A stretch of DNA of 64,000 bases from an uncultured Actinomycetes bacterium. GTDB lineage: Bacteria > Actinomycetota > Acidimicrobiia > IMCC26256 > PALSA-610. Positions 11,097 to 21,425 of the stretch are shown in pieces. The stretch is from NCBI GenBank assembly GCA_963784845.1, contig CAWASN010000007.1, positions 1,169,200 to 1,233,199 of the forward strand. The letters are read 5' to 3'. Below the pieces are notes generated by a model. It was not told where the DNA came from. It saw only the letters and a program-made list of their open reading frames with translations, and did not search any database. Every line of letters begins with the position of its first letter. Position 1 is the first letter of the stretch. The position numbers were made by a program, and so were the translations under genes.

Positions 11097-11447
11097 GTGG
11101 CCGCTGGGCTCGTGATCATGGACGAGGACGGGAACGAGGTCGTGCTCGACGAGCGCGAGAGCGAGTGCCTCTTCGCGCTGACCGGAGGGCTCGAGGCCGC
11201 GACCATCTCCGCGTGCCCCGGGTGCCGTTGTCGGGTGCTCGCGAGTAGGGCGCTCGTCGACGTCCTCGATGCGGCACCGCCGCACCCGCGTGGGACCGAG
11301 CTCGTGGAATTGGCAGACGACGCGCCGACCCTGCATCTGTACGTGGTCGACGGTGCGAGTGCATGCGAGCATCCGCAGTGGCGGGACCCATTGTTCGACG
11401 AGTGGCTCGACGCGGGTGCCGCCCCCGGTCCACAGATCCGGCGCTGA
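11097..11447 (+). CDS. Hypothetical Cys/His-containing protein
   Basis: Acidic ORF with CPGCRC and CEHPQWRDP; leaderless -10 TACGGT upstream. Confidence 0.65.
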   Translation: MAAGLVIMDEDGNEVVLDERESECLFALTGGLEAATISACPGCRCRVLASRALVDVLDAAPPHPRGTELVELADDAPTLHLYVVDGASACEHPQWRDPLFDEWLDAGAAPGPQIRR

Positions 11448-11476
11448 GCCCGACCGGTCGAGCGGCGGTGGGCGGT

Positions 11477-12862
11477 CTACGCCACCGCGCAGACGGAGCG
11501 GTACGCGTCGCGCACATCGGTCATGAACCCGGCGACGTCGGTGATCGCGGCGGGGTCGATGTTGAGGCCCAGGTGCACGTCGTCGCAGTACGACAACATC
11601 GTGACATTGAGCGCGCAGCCGGTGCGGGGACCCAAGGGGTAGCTGGCGAGGATTCGGGTACCGGCGAGATACAGCGGCACCGGGCTACCGCGCAGGTTCG
11701 ACGCGGCGAAGTCGATCGTGCGGGTCTGAGAGCGGGTCATCGTGACGAGAACGGAGGTGGGCAGCCCGGCGATGACACCGGCGAGCCCTTCGGCGTTGGT
11801 CAACGCGGTCTCGTGCTTCGCGGCGCGCAGTCGTTCGCGGATCTCGTCGAACAGCGCAACGATGTCGTGCGCCGGTTGGATGGGCACGAGTACCCGGGCG
11901 GGGACGAAGGAGTTGGTCGTCTCGGTGTCGCCACGCCGCCGAGTGCTGATCGGCATCGCGAGGCGAAGCTCGCCGGTGCCGCTGCCCGTGCGCTCGTGAT
12001 AGCGCCCGAGCGCGTCGGCGAGGCCCGTGACGAACACGTCGTTGACACTCCCACCGAGTTTGGCGGCCGCCGAGCGCAGTGGCTCGAACGGCAGTTCGTA
12101 GATCTCGAAGTGGCGCCGCAGTGAACGGTCGCTCATCACGTCGGAGCGCGCCGCGTCGGTGAGGAGCGCCTGGCGTTGGAGTGACGTCAGGAGGCGGGCG
12201 GCATCGTTTGCCCGACCGGGGACCTCGCCCGGATGACTCACGACGTGGCCGGCTGCGCCGACCGTGCGCCGCACGATTCCCAAGCTCCGCTGGGCCGCGT
12301 CGACGACCGCGTCTCTGGCCGTGGAGAGGGGGGTCGGAGATGAGCCGAGTGGCGTCGGCCGGGGGTGTTCGTGCGCACGCAGCCCGGGGTCGCGTTCGAG
12401 GTCGACGAGCGCGAGCGACAGCTTCAGCCCGCCGACGCCGTCGGTGACCGTGTGGTGAATCTTCTGGAGCAACGCCGAACGTCCGCCGGTCAACCCCTCG
12501 ATGATCGTGAACTCCCACAACGGCCGTGCCCGATCGAGCGGTCGCTCGGCGAGCGCGCCGCACAGGTCGAGGACCGCACGGTCGTCGCCCGGGTCGGGAA
12601 CTGCGACGACACCGACATGCGCCCCCAGATCGAGGCCGGGGTCGTCGGCGAAGTCCGGCGGGACGATACGCAACGGCGCGCCGACCACACGCTGGCGCAG
12701 CCGCGGAATCGACTCGAGCGCGCGCTGCAACGTTGCTTGCAGCCGGTCGTCGCGGGGACGCTCGTCGAGGAACGTCAGGTTGCAGAAGTCGGAGCGCAGC
12801 GCTGGATCCTTCTCGACCGCCCACATGATCGCTTCCGCGTTCGACATGCGCACGGACACCAA
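11477..12862 (-). CDS. Wax ester/triacylglycerol synthase (WS/DGAT)
   Basis: PLDRARPLWE, KIHHTVTDG (HHxxxDG), ALNVTMLSY. Confidence 0.92.
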   Translation of the reverse strand: MVSVRMSNAEAIMWAVEKDPALRSDFCNLTFLDERPRDDRLQATLQRALESIPRLRQRVVGAPLRIVPPDFADDPGLDLGAHVGVVAVPDPGDDRAVLDLCGALAERPLDRARPLWEFTIIEGLTGGRSALLQKIHHTVTDGVGGLKLSLALVDLERDPGLRAHEHPRPTPLGSSPTPLSTARDAVVDAAQRSLGIVRRTVGAAGHVVSHPGEVPGRANDAARLLTSLQRQALLTDAARSDVMSDRSLRRHFEIYELPFEPLRSAAAKLGGSVNDVFVTGLADALGRYHERTGSGTGELRLAMPISTRRRGDTETTNSFVPARVLVPIQPAHDIVALFDEIRERLRAAKHETALTNAEGLAGVIAGLPTSVLVTMTRSQTRTIDFAASNLRGSPVPLYLAGTRILASYPLGPRTGCALNVTMLSYCDDVHLGLNIDPAAITDVAGFMTDVRDAYRSVCAVA

Positions 12863-12975
12863 CGCTACTCAGTCGTGGGCCGCACGACGCCCGCTACGAA
12901 GCGATTGAGAACGCCGAGATGAAGCCGTCGGCGCGTGGGGAGTGCGCGATCTCGTCGGATGGTGCGTTCACCGAG

Positions 12976-13563
12976 CTACCTCGGGACCGACGTGTGCTTG
13001 AACTCGTTGAGATCAGTCCATTCGAACAGGTCGAGCACCCGGTCGACGTCTTCGGGGTTGGCGCGGTCCATGAGGCGGACGAACGCGGCCCGGTCGCCGA
13101 CGACGAAGGTCGGGACTCCGAAGACCGCATGGAGGCTCACCGCGTCGGTGTGCGACTGCGCGAGGGCCTTCAGCGGGCGACCAGTGTCCACCTCGGCCTT
13201 GATCGCGGCCGGGTCGAGCCCGACGGAGCTCGCGATCTCGGCGAGCACGTCGTCCTTGGCGATCTTCGCACCGTGCTCGTGCCGGGCGGTGAACGCGGCG
13301 AGGTGCCAGTCGAGGAACTTGTCGGGGTACTCGCCGCGCACCGCGATGGCCCAGCACAGCGCTTTCGCACCCGAACCCTGTTGGTCCGGCTCGCGGTCCC
13401 AGATGGCAGGTTCACCGTCTTCGACGTGTACCTGGTCGAGTGAGAACGGAAGGAAGTCGACCTCCCAGTCGCGCCCGGCACGCAGGCCGGCGATGACCGA
13501 TTCGTGGCCGTTGCGAGCGAACGGGCACCGGTAGTCGTAGGTGACTGCAAACTGGCGTGCCAC
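12976..13563 (-). CDS. DsbA/thioredoxin-fold protein
   Basis: YDYRCPFA (single Cys), VFGVPTF. Confidence 0.8.
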   Translation of the reverse strand: MARQFAVTYDYRCPFARNGHESVIAGLRAGRDWEVDFLPFSLDQVHVEDGEPAIWDREPDQQGSGAKALCWAIAVRGEYPDKFLDWHLAAFTARHEHGAKIAKDDVLAEIASSVGLDPAAIKAEVDTGRPLKALAQSHTDAVSLHAVFGVPTFVVGDRAAFVRLMDRANPEDVDRVLDLFEWTDLNEFKHTSVPR

Positions 13564-13863
13564 GAGGCCTCCTCGAACCAGGACTACGTGATACTGGCAA
13601 CGGTCGCGGCGCCGTCGCCATTCCCCCGGCGTGCACAGCTCATGGGCACCGTTGACGCGGCCCGGTGATTGCCCGAGGAAGGCTGACCCGGATCTCGGTC
13701 GAGGTCGCTGCCTGCAGGCTGCAGTCGTCCTGCTCTTGCACAGTACAGCTTGCCTCTGCAAAAATTACGGAACGGCTCCGGAGGACTGCGGAAGCGCTCC
13801 GGGGAAACCACGCAGGTGTTGTCGGGGAGGAATTCCGATATCGAGGGTGATCGGGGGCAATTT

Positions 13864-13942
13864 GTCCCGAGTGATGTGTCCCGAGTGATGCGTCCATGCG
13901 TCCCGAGTGATGTCGTCCCGAGCGATACGTCCCGAGTGATGT
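13864..13942. repeat. 14-bp tandem repeat (GTCCCGAGTGATGY) x5 plus one partial unit
   Basis: Units at 13864, 13878, 13900, 13915, 13929. Confidence 0.9.
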
Positions 13943-13963
13943 GGGCAAGCAGCGGGAGGGGGG

Positions 13964-15125
13964 GTGAACGTGGACTCGGGGCGTCGAATACTGGTTTGGT
14001 CACAGCGCGGCCTGAACGCAGCACCGTTTCGCTGTGTCGGCTACGAGTTCGAGGACGTCATTGCGTTGATCGAACCGGATGCAACGATCGTAACTCCCAC
14101 TCCGTTCGTCCGTTCTCCGTCGATTCGAGTCATCAATCTCGTTTCGCGCGACGCACGCATGCGGATCCCGGCGTCTCTTGGCTACCGCAAGCCGTCCGTC
14201 GACGACGAATACGACCTGTTCTTCGCCGACTTCCAATTGCTTGCCGATCTCGACTCCCTCCGCGCGGCTCCCGCACTGGCAGAAACGGGCCCGGCGGTCT
14301 GTTTGTGTCATCGAAGAACTCTGGGCGCGTGATATTCCGAGATGGAAGCGAATCCCGCGCATGCTGGAAGGGTTCGACCACGTGTTCCTCGAATGCAGTG
14401 GCAGCGTCGAGCCTCTCGAACGGCTGACCGGCATCCCGTGCTCGTTCCTACCGCCGGGAGTCGATGCCCTGCGCTTCTGCCCGCGGCCGGCACCGCCGCG
14501 CGTTGTGGATGTGTGCCGGGTGGGTCGCCGCGACCCTGAAATTCACGCATCGCTCCTCGAAGCGTGCAAGCGAGGCGAGATCTTTTACGAGTTCGACAGT
14601 GTGCGGCCCGAGGACGTGTGGGATCCAGCCGAACATCGTGAACATCTCGCCGGCGTGCTCAAGCGGAGTCGCTACGTCATTGTAAATCCCGGAAAATACA
14701 ATCGACACAGCGAGACGAGCGGTCAACAAGAACTGGGCTTCAGGTTCTTCGAGGGCGCTGCGGCCGGAACGGTGATGATCGGTACACCTCCGAAGATCCC
14801 GGCCTTCGACGAGAACTTCGATTGGCGGGACGCGGTCGTCGAGATCGAATCCGCATCTGTCTTGGACGCGATGGCCTCACTCGACACCGATCCGGCGCGC
14901 CTCGACCGAATTCGGTGTGACAACGTCGCGAACTCTCTCCGCCGACACGACTGGGTTCACCGATGGGAGCGTGTGCTCGACGCTGCCGGACTCCCGACTT
15001 CGAGTGCAGTGGAGGCGCGTAAGCGCCAACTCGAGGACGTGGCCGCGACCGTCGAGAGCGACCAAATCATTGACCTTCGCGAAGATGGGTCCGCTCTACC
15101 CAGCCGCGCAGCTTCGCTTCGATAG
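13964..15125 (+). CDS. Glycosyltransferase (CgeB/Glyco_trans_1_2-like), frameshift ~14265
   Basis: LPPGVDALRF, QQELGFRFFEGAAAG, LRRHDWVHRW. Confidence 0.8.
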
Positions 15126-15169
15126 CTCTCAACTCGCGCAGGTCCGCCACATTCACATCGCCTTCGCGA

Positions 15170-16732
15170 TCACGCCGCGGTCGCGAACCTGACGACGCCG
15201 GCGATCAAGGTTCCGGGGCGACCGCGCACGGACGTGGCGATCCACGCGCCGTCCATGGCGGGTACCGTCCGTAACCAGCGCGACAGTCCGGCGAAGACGA
15301 ACAGCGCAGCTGCAGCGCCAAGGGCAATTCCGGTCGGGCCACCGATGGTGATGATGACGACCCATCCGAAGCCGGCTGCGCTCACAGCTACGGCGACTGC
15401 GCGCGCAAGAACCTGCGCCTGCCAGTCGACAGGTCCGAAAGCGCGGGCTGTGTATCCGAGCACGCATACGGCGGCTGTCAACTGGGCGGACGTGTTCGCC
15501 ACTGCGGCGCCGATCTCCGCGAGATGTGGCACCAAGACGAAGTCGAGGGTGATGTCCACGACTGCGGCCATGAGGAACACCAGCAGCCAGAGCCGCACTC
15601 GTCCGCTGCCCCAGAGGAGGCCGCCACAGAGGGTCATGAGCGCGAGGAGCGGGAACGGCACGAGCATGATTCGTAGTGGCCCGGCGGTTCGCGCGTACTC
15701 GGACCCGTACACCGCACGAATAACCGGCGGCCCGAAGACGGTTCCCAGCGCGGTGATCGGCACGGAGACGAGCAGGACGAGCCGAATCGCTCTGGAGAAA
15801 GCAGGTCCGACGCGGCTCATCTCGCCGGAACCGTGCAACGACGCCACCGTCGGTGCGACCACACCGGCGAGCGCCTCCACGGCGGACCCGAGACCCGCAA
15901 TCACCGCGAATGCAACCGAGTAGTAGGCGATCGCCTTCGTGGATGAATAGCGCTCGAGGAAGAAGAATTCCGAACGGCGCATGACGATGGTGGTGAGAAG
16001 GAATCCGGCCCAGATGGTCGCGGCATAGCCGAGCAGTGGACGGTGGAGCGCGGTGTGCGGCCCGCTGCGTGGCGCGACTGCCTTCAGGTGCTGCCATGCC
16101 AACCAGCTCGTCCACACGGCTGCGATGCCGCCCAAGATCGTGCCGATGCCGAAGACGCCGGCGAGACCCCAGCCGAGCGAGAGCACGATCGCGATGGCGA
16201 GCGTGTACGCCAGGCCGATCACGAGAGTGATGACCGATGCCTCCCGCCAACGGCGGAGCACGAAGAGCACGCTGGCCGGAATGTTCACGATCGTCCCGAA
16301 TGCGGACCCAACCGCCCCCCACATCCAGAGCACCTGATCGTGGCTGAACAAGCCGATCGTCGCCATCGCCGCCCCCGCGACGAGGGCGCCACCGAGCTGG
16401 AGCTTGGCGGTCCACCAGATCAGGCCTCGCAGGCTGTCCAGCTCGTTTCGACCCACCAATTCGCCGCCGTACCGGACGAGAGAGCCAGACAGTCCGAAAC
16501 TGCAAACGAAGATGATCGAGGCAGATACGAACGCGATGAAGCTCTGCAGCCCCATGTCGTCGACGCTCAGGAAGCGCGCGATCAGGATCGACGACGCGAG
16601 TACGTAAACCTGCGGGAGCGCGCTGCTGGCGATGACCCATACGCCACCCGCCAGGAGGGTCGGGCCGGAAAGCTCGTCGACAGACGCGGGGGGCGCTGCG
16701 TCTGTCGTCAGCGCCTCCTCGACCACGCCCAC
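15170..16732 (-). CDS. Oligosaccharide flippase (Wzx/MOP superfamily)
   Basis: Many hydrophobic helices; ARFLSVDDMG, AYYSVA, GAAVA. Confidence 0.85.
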   Translation of the reverse strand: MGVVEEALTTDAAPPASVDELSGPTLLAGGVWVIASSALPQVYVLASSILIARFLSVDDMGLQSFIAFVSASIIFVCSFGLSGSLVRYGGELVGRNELDSLRGLIWWTAKLQLGGALVAGAAMATIGLFSHDQVLWMWGAVGSAFGTIVNIPASVLFVLRRWREASVITLVIGLAYTLAIAIVLSLGWGLAGVFGIGTILGGIAAVWTSWLAWQHLKAVAPRSGPHTALHRPLLGYAATIWAGFLLTTIVMRRSEFFFLERYSSTKAIAYYSVAFAVIAGLGSAVEALAGVVAPTVASLHGSGEMSRVGPAFSRAIRLVLLVSVPITALGTVFGPPVIRAVYGSEYARTAGPLRIMLVPFPLLALMTLCGGLLWGSGRVRLWLLVFLMAAVVDITLDFVLVPHLAEIGAAVANTSAQLTAAVCVLGYTARAFGPVDWQAQVLARAVAVAVSAAGFGWVVIITIGGPTGIALGAAAALFVFAGLSRWLRTVPAMDGAWIATSVRGRPGTLIAGVVRFATAA

Positions 16733-16885
16733 TCCCCACGTCCGCCCGGCTCACGATCATAGTGAAGACGCCCCAGCTCAGACTTCTATGAGCGTCCACG
16801 CGCCCGCTGTACGCGCGCGTCGAGTCGAGGCGATGCCCGTGGAAGAGCTGTTCCGATGGGGCAGGAGCGTCTCGTGTCGCACATC

Positions 16886-16970
16886 GTGGCGCTTGAGTCT
16901 GGGTGGCGCTTGAGTCTGGGTGGCGCTTGAGTCTGGGTGGCGCTTGAGTCTGGGTGGCGCTTGAGTCTGG
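16886..16970. repeat. Perfect 17-bp tandem repeat x5 (GTGGCGCTTGAGTCTGG)
   Basis: Five identical contiguous units, no spacers. Confidence 0.95.
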
Positions 16971-17445
16971 CGAGTAGTTCGGGTGGTGACGGCCACGAGC
17001 GCGCGTGCACCGTGTATCGACCCGCAGCCACGCGCATGTCTCTGCACACAATGTCTCCTCGACAAGATGTCCGCGCGGGAAATCTCACTTGGCAGAGAGT
17101 GTTTTGCGTGGACGGCCCCGACACAGGTGACGCCAACGATATTGGCGCTCGCTCAGTGACTATGACGGAATCATGTGTCGTCCGCCGGTCTGTCAGTTCG
17201 ACAATCACGAACCGTGACGACAATGCTTGCATGCGACACTGAAGGTGCGGGGGTCGGAAGGCACGGAGGCGGGGCAGCCAGCATGAGCAGGATCTTCATC
17301 GCGCGCACGCATTTGCCTGTGAACGCGGTATCAACGCTGCCGAATCGCGCGGTCGCGTTACCCACCGTCGCCGGCGGCGCATAGTGGCACCCCGGGATCC
17401 GTCGCTGCCGAGCGGAGAGCACGGGAACGACGGCGTCGCGCCGAA

Positions 17446-18690
17446 CGCGTTCTCTGGGTTCTGAGTGTCGATCCGACGCGACCTCCGGACGGTCAAATCA
17501 CCTACAGCCTGGGACTGATCCGCGCGGTTGCCTCACTCGGAACAGATGTCGCAGTCGTGCACCTCGGATCGCAGTCTCCGGAGACGCGCACGGGACACTC
17601 GGTCGTGTGGCATGCGGGTGATACTTCGAACCGGCATCGGCTGCGCAGCGTGCTGTCCCGGCTCCCGGCGATGGCGTATACGGCGGGATCGCCGAAGATG
17701 CGCCGCGTCTTGGTCGAGGCGCTCGGGTGCCACTGGGACGCGATCGTGCTGGATCACGTGCAGTCGGGCTGGGCGCTCGACGCGTTGGAACGACGTCTCG
17801 ATCGGTCAACTGTCCTGGTGCATGTCAGTCACAACAATGAGGGCAGCGTGCGAAGGCGAGTGGCGGCGGGGACCTCGAGGAATCGAGGCGCGCGGTTCGC
17901 GTTGGAGCGAGATGCCCGGAAGGTTGCTGCGTTGGAGGACCGACTCTTGTGCAGCGCTGACGTGGTCACCGCCATTACACAGGACGACGCCATTGCGCTC
18001 GAGACGCGCCGAGGCAGGCACAACGTCGTTGTGGTGCCGCCCGGCTATGACAGTGTCCGTTCGACGCAGCGCGAGATCACTGCCGCCGTTCCGCGCCGCG
18101 GACTCATCGCCGGGAGCTTGCTTTGGCGCGTGAAGCAGTTCGATCTCATGGCCCTCCTACGGGTGGCCGACGATCGCTTCGCTGCCGTCGGCGCGGAGAT
18201 CGTGGTTCTGGGAGAGGCGCCCGAGTGGTTCGAGGCGGAGGTCAGGCGCACGACAAAGGTGACCAGGATGCGGGGACGCGTCGACTCGTTCGCGAACGAG
18301 TTCTCGAACGCTCGCCTGGCTCTTGTGTCCGAACCCCACGGCGGCGGATTCAAGCTGAAGGCACTCGACTACGTCTTTCAGCGGCTACCGATGTTCGTGC
18401 ATACCGGATCTGTGTCCGGACTTCCGCTTCGCGACGGAGTGGGACTGCGCGAGTTCCCGACCGTCGAAGCGCTCGTCGACGGCGCGGTGAACGCGCTCGA
18501 CGACTTCGACACTCTGAACCGGTTGCACGACGACGCATACGAGCGGTGCAAATCGTCCTTCGATTGGGCCATCGCAGGAACGCGGCTCGCCCGCGCGATC
18601 GTGCGGGAAGCGCAGGGTCGTTGTGCGCTCGGGGAACGTTGCGATACTCCCGACCGACCGGGCAGTCAGGCACGACGGTCGGCCGGCTGA
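17446..18690 (+). CDS. Glycosyltransferase family 4-like (start uncertain; open frame extends upstream of 17557)
   Basis: RVLWVLS...YSLGLIRAVA N-terminus in frame, SHNNE, GGGFKLKALDY, FDW. Confidence 0.75.
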   Translation, partial: RVLWVLSVDPTRPPDGQITYSLGLIRAVASLGTDVAVVHLGSQSPETRTGHSVVWHAGDTSNRHRLRSVLSRLPAMAYTAGSPKMRRVLVEALGCHWDAIVLDHVQSGWALDALERRLDRSTVLVHVSHNNEGSVRRRVAAGTSRNRGARFALERDARKVAALEDRLLCSADVVTAITQDDAIALETRRGRHNVVVVPPGYDSVRSTQREITAAVPRRGLIAGSLLWRVKQFDLMALLRVADDRFAAVGAEIVVLGEAPEWFEAEVRRTTKVTRMRGRVDSFANEFSNARLALVSEPHGGGFKLKALDYVFQRLPMFVHTGSVSGLPLRDGVGLREFPTVEALVDGAVNALDDFDTLNRLHDDAYERCKSSFDWAIAGTRLARAIVREAQGRCALGERCDTPDRPGSQARRSAG

Positions 18691-18747
18691 AGGGCGGGCG
18701 TCGTGTCGTCCCGGCGGCGCTGAGGTCGCCGCGCGGTGAGCATCTTC

Positions 18748-19272
18748 CTATCCGCGATGACGGTTCACGAGCGGGCGCATGAGGCGACCCAGGGCCAGAC
18801 CGAAGGCGGCTCCGGCGAGGACGTCGGAGGCGTGGTGGAGGCGGACATACACGCGGGTTGCAGCAATCGCCGTCGCCGCGACGTACAAACCGGGTCCGGC
18901 GTCGATCAGCGCGGCCGCGCAGAAGGCCGCGGTGGCGTGCCCCGACGGGAACGAGCTCGTCACCGGTCGGCGCAGACCGTGGTGGAAGTCGAGGTCGGCG
19001 TACGCGGCCGGTCGGACGCGGCGAAACAGCGATTTCACGGCTCCGTTGGTGATCGCCGATTCCGCGCCCATCGCCAACGAGAAGCGCGCCGCCCACCCGA
19101 CGTCGTCGTGGTGGGCCAATGCTCGTACCACTCCGCAGGTGTGCCACACGAGGCTGTGGTCGGCCGCGCTGGAGAGGGGATAGACGACCCGGTCGAGGGA
19201 TGGGTTCCGGATTGCGTCGAACCGTCGGTCGACGGCCTTGTCGAACGCCGCCACCCGATCCGCGATGCTCAC
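18748..19272 (-). CDS. PAP2 family phosphatase
   Basis: KSLFRRVRP, SSFPSGHA, TRVYVRLHHASDVLAG. Confidence 0.92.
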   Translation of the reverse strand: MSIADRVAAFDKAVDRRFDAIRNPSLDRVVYPLSSAADHSLVWHTCGVVRALAHHDDVGWAARFSLAMGAESAITNGAVKSLFRRVRPAAYADLDFHHGLRRPVTSSFPSGHATAAFCAAALIDAGPGLYVAATAIAATRVYVRLHHASDVLAGAAFGLALGRLMRPLVNRHRG

Positions 19273-19311
19273 CGAGCGCTGCTCATCGCGGGATCTTCGC
19301 CGGCCCGAGAC

Positions 19312-20275
19312 TCACGCAAAGACGAGCGGAAGCTGGGGCCGACCTTCGCGCTCGGCCTGGCGCGCCAGGAGCGTCGGCTTGGCGAGCTCGGGGTGCCCGT
19401 CGAACTCGGGGCAGAACTCCTGGAACGAGCAGTAGTTGCACAACGCCGAAGTGCGAGGGCGGAAGTCGTCGCGCGTGCACGCCTGGCGCACGGCCTGCAT
19501 GACCGCGTTGGTCTTGACGTCGACGCCGCGCAGGCTCTGGTCGGAGGGTGTGGTGATGATGCGCTCGGGCTTCGACAGGTACAGAAGCTGCACACGAGCC
19601 GGCCGGCGACCGAACATGCGCTCACAGAGCAGCGAATAGACGTGCACACCGGCCATGCTCTTTTGTTCCCAGCCCTCGCTCGGAGCGGATCCGGTCTTGT
19701 AGTCGGTGACGACGAGCTCGCCGTCGGCGTCCAGTTCGAGCCGGTCGATGATGCCGCGGATGGTGACACCGCCCGTGGTCTGCGCGCTCACCCGGAGCTC
19801 GACGCCGAGCACCGTGACGTCGCGCGGGTCTTCCATCTCGAAGTAGCGGCGGACGAGTTCCTCGGCGTCGGAGTGGAACGCGGCACGTTCGTCGTCGGTG
19901 AGGTCGAGATGCGCGAAATCGGGGTGCGCGGAGACCTCGGCCTCGGCGCGCCGCAGATCGGAGAGCGCGGCGTCGAGCGTCCGTTCGGCCGGGTGGCGCC
20001 ACATCAGGTGCTGCAGCGCAAGGTGCACGAGCGTGCCCTTGCTTGCAGGCGCGGACGGCGGTTCGGGGAGTCGCTCGATGTATCCGAACCGGAAGGCCAG
20101 CGGGCAGCTCGTGAACGTGCCCATCGAGCTCGGCGACAACGAGACCGGCACCGGGTGGATCGACTCACGTGCCCGGTCGTTGATCTTCTCCGCGGTGATC
20201 TTCTCCGCGGAGATCTTCTCCGCGGTAGATCTTCTCCGCGGTGATCTTCTCCGCGGTGATCTCCTCCGCCGTCAT
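19312..20275 (-). CDS. RecB-family PD-(D/E)XK exonuclease with N-terminal TAEKI repeats (one extra base in the repeat tract)
   Basis: LSPSS..CP, GTLVH, GIIDRL, TDYKTG, LCNYCSFQEFCP; leaderless -10 TATCGT 6 nt before ATG 20275. Confidence 0.85.
20182..20272. repeat. 15-bp tandem repeat x6 (GATCTTCTCCGCGGT)
   Basis: Six near-identical units, one with a 1-bp insertion. Confidence 0.9.
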
Positions 20276-20369
20276 GCACCGACGATACCGCCGGGGTGTG
20301 CCACCTAGAGCGGACGGTCTAGTTTTCCCCGTCATGGTCCCGAACGGCGACGCGATTGAGGTATCGAGG

Positions 20370-21385
20370 ATGAAGGTCGACACCGGAGTGATGGCCCCGT
20401 CGTTGAGTGACATCGGGCCCCGGGCCCGGGAGCTCGAAGAGCTCGGCTACGACGGGCTGCTGACCGCGGAGACGGGCCACGACGCCTTCCTCCCGATTGC
20501 CCTCGCGGCCGAGCACACCGAGCGCATCGAGCTGGCGACGGGGATCGCGGTGGCGTTCGCCCGCACGCCGATGGTGCTCGCGTATACCGCCAACGACCTC
20601 CAACAGATGTCGAAGGGGCGTTTCTCGTTGGGTCTCGGCTCCCAGATCAAGCCCCATATCGAGAAGCGGTTCTCGATGCCCTGGTCGCATCCGGCGCGGC
20701 GTATGCGCGAGTACATCCTCGCGTTGCAGGCGATCTGGACGTCGTGGAACGAACAGACCCCTCTCAAGTTCGACGGCGAGTTCTACAAGCACACGTTGAT
20801 GACGCCGTTCTTCGCGCCCGCACCCAATCCGTACGGCGCGCCGAAGGTGTTCCTGGCGGCGGTCGGCCAGTTGATGACCGAGGTCGCCGGCGAGGTGGCC
20901 GACGGCATCATCATCCACGGCTTCACGACGGAGCGCTACGTCAAGGAAGTGACGATGCCCGCGGTCGAACGAGGCCTGAAGAAGGCGGGCCGTGAGCGTT
21001 CGTCGATCCAGGTGTCGGGTCCGTTGTTCGTCGTCACCGGCTCGACCGACGAGGAGGTCGCCGCGGCGAAGCAGGGCGTGAAGCAGCAGATCGCCTTCTA
21101 CGGCTCGACGCCGGCGTACCGTGGGGTGCTCGAGTTACACGGTTGGGGAGATCTGCAGACCGAGCTCAACGCGCTCTCGAAGAAGGGCGACTGGGTCGAG
21201 ATGGGCGAGCTCATCGACGACGAGATCCTGAACACCTTCGCGGTGGTCGCCGACCCCGAAGGTGTAGGCGCCGAGCTCAAGCGCCGATACGGCGGCGTCG
21301 TCGACCGCTGCTCGTTCTACGCCCCGTACCGCACCGATCCCGATCGCTGGACACGGACGATCGAAGACCTGAAGCGCGCGCATGA
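20370..21385 (+). CDS. LLM-class F420-dependent oxidoreductase (TIGR03617-like); stop probably 21385 via an indel
   Basis: AETGHD, IAVAFARTP, GLGSQIKPHIEKRFSMPW, IAFYGSTPAY. Confidence 0.88.
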
Positions 21386-21425
21386 TCGCTCACACCCCCA
21401 CCGGCGCCCTGACCGCGGTGGACGC

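Noticed and set aside
16886-16970. Possible CRISPR array (also 13864, 7515, 20182)
   Set aside because: Units are 14-17 bp and contiguous with no unique spacers; no cas operon in the window
19312-20151. Cas4 or defence nuclease
   Set aside because: Looks like the stand-alone actinobacterial RecB-family exonuclease; no CRISPR or defence context
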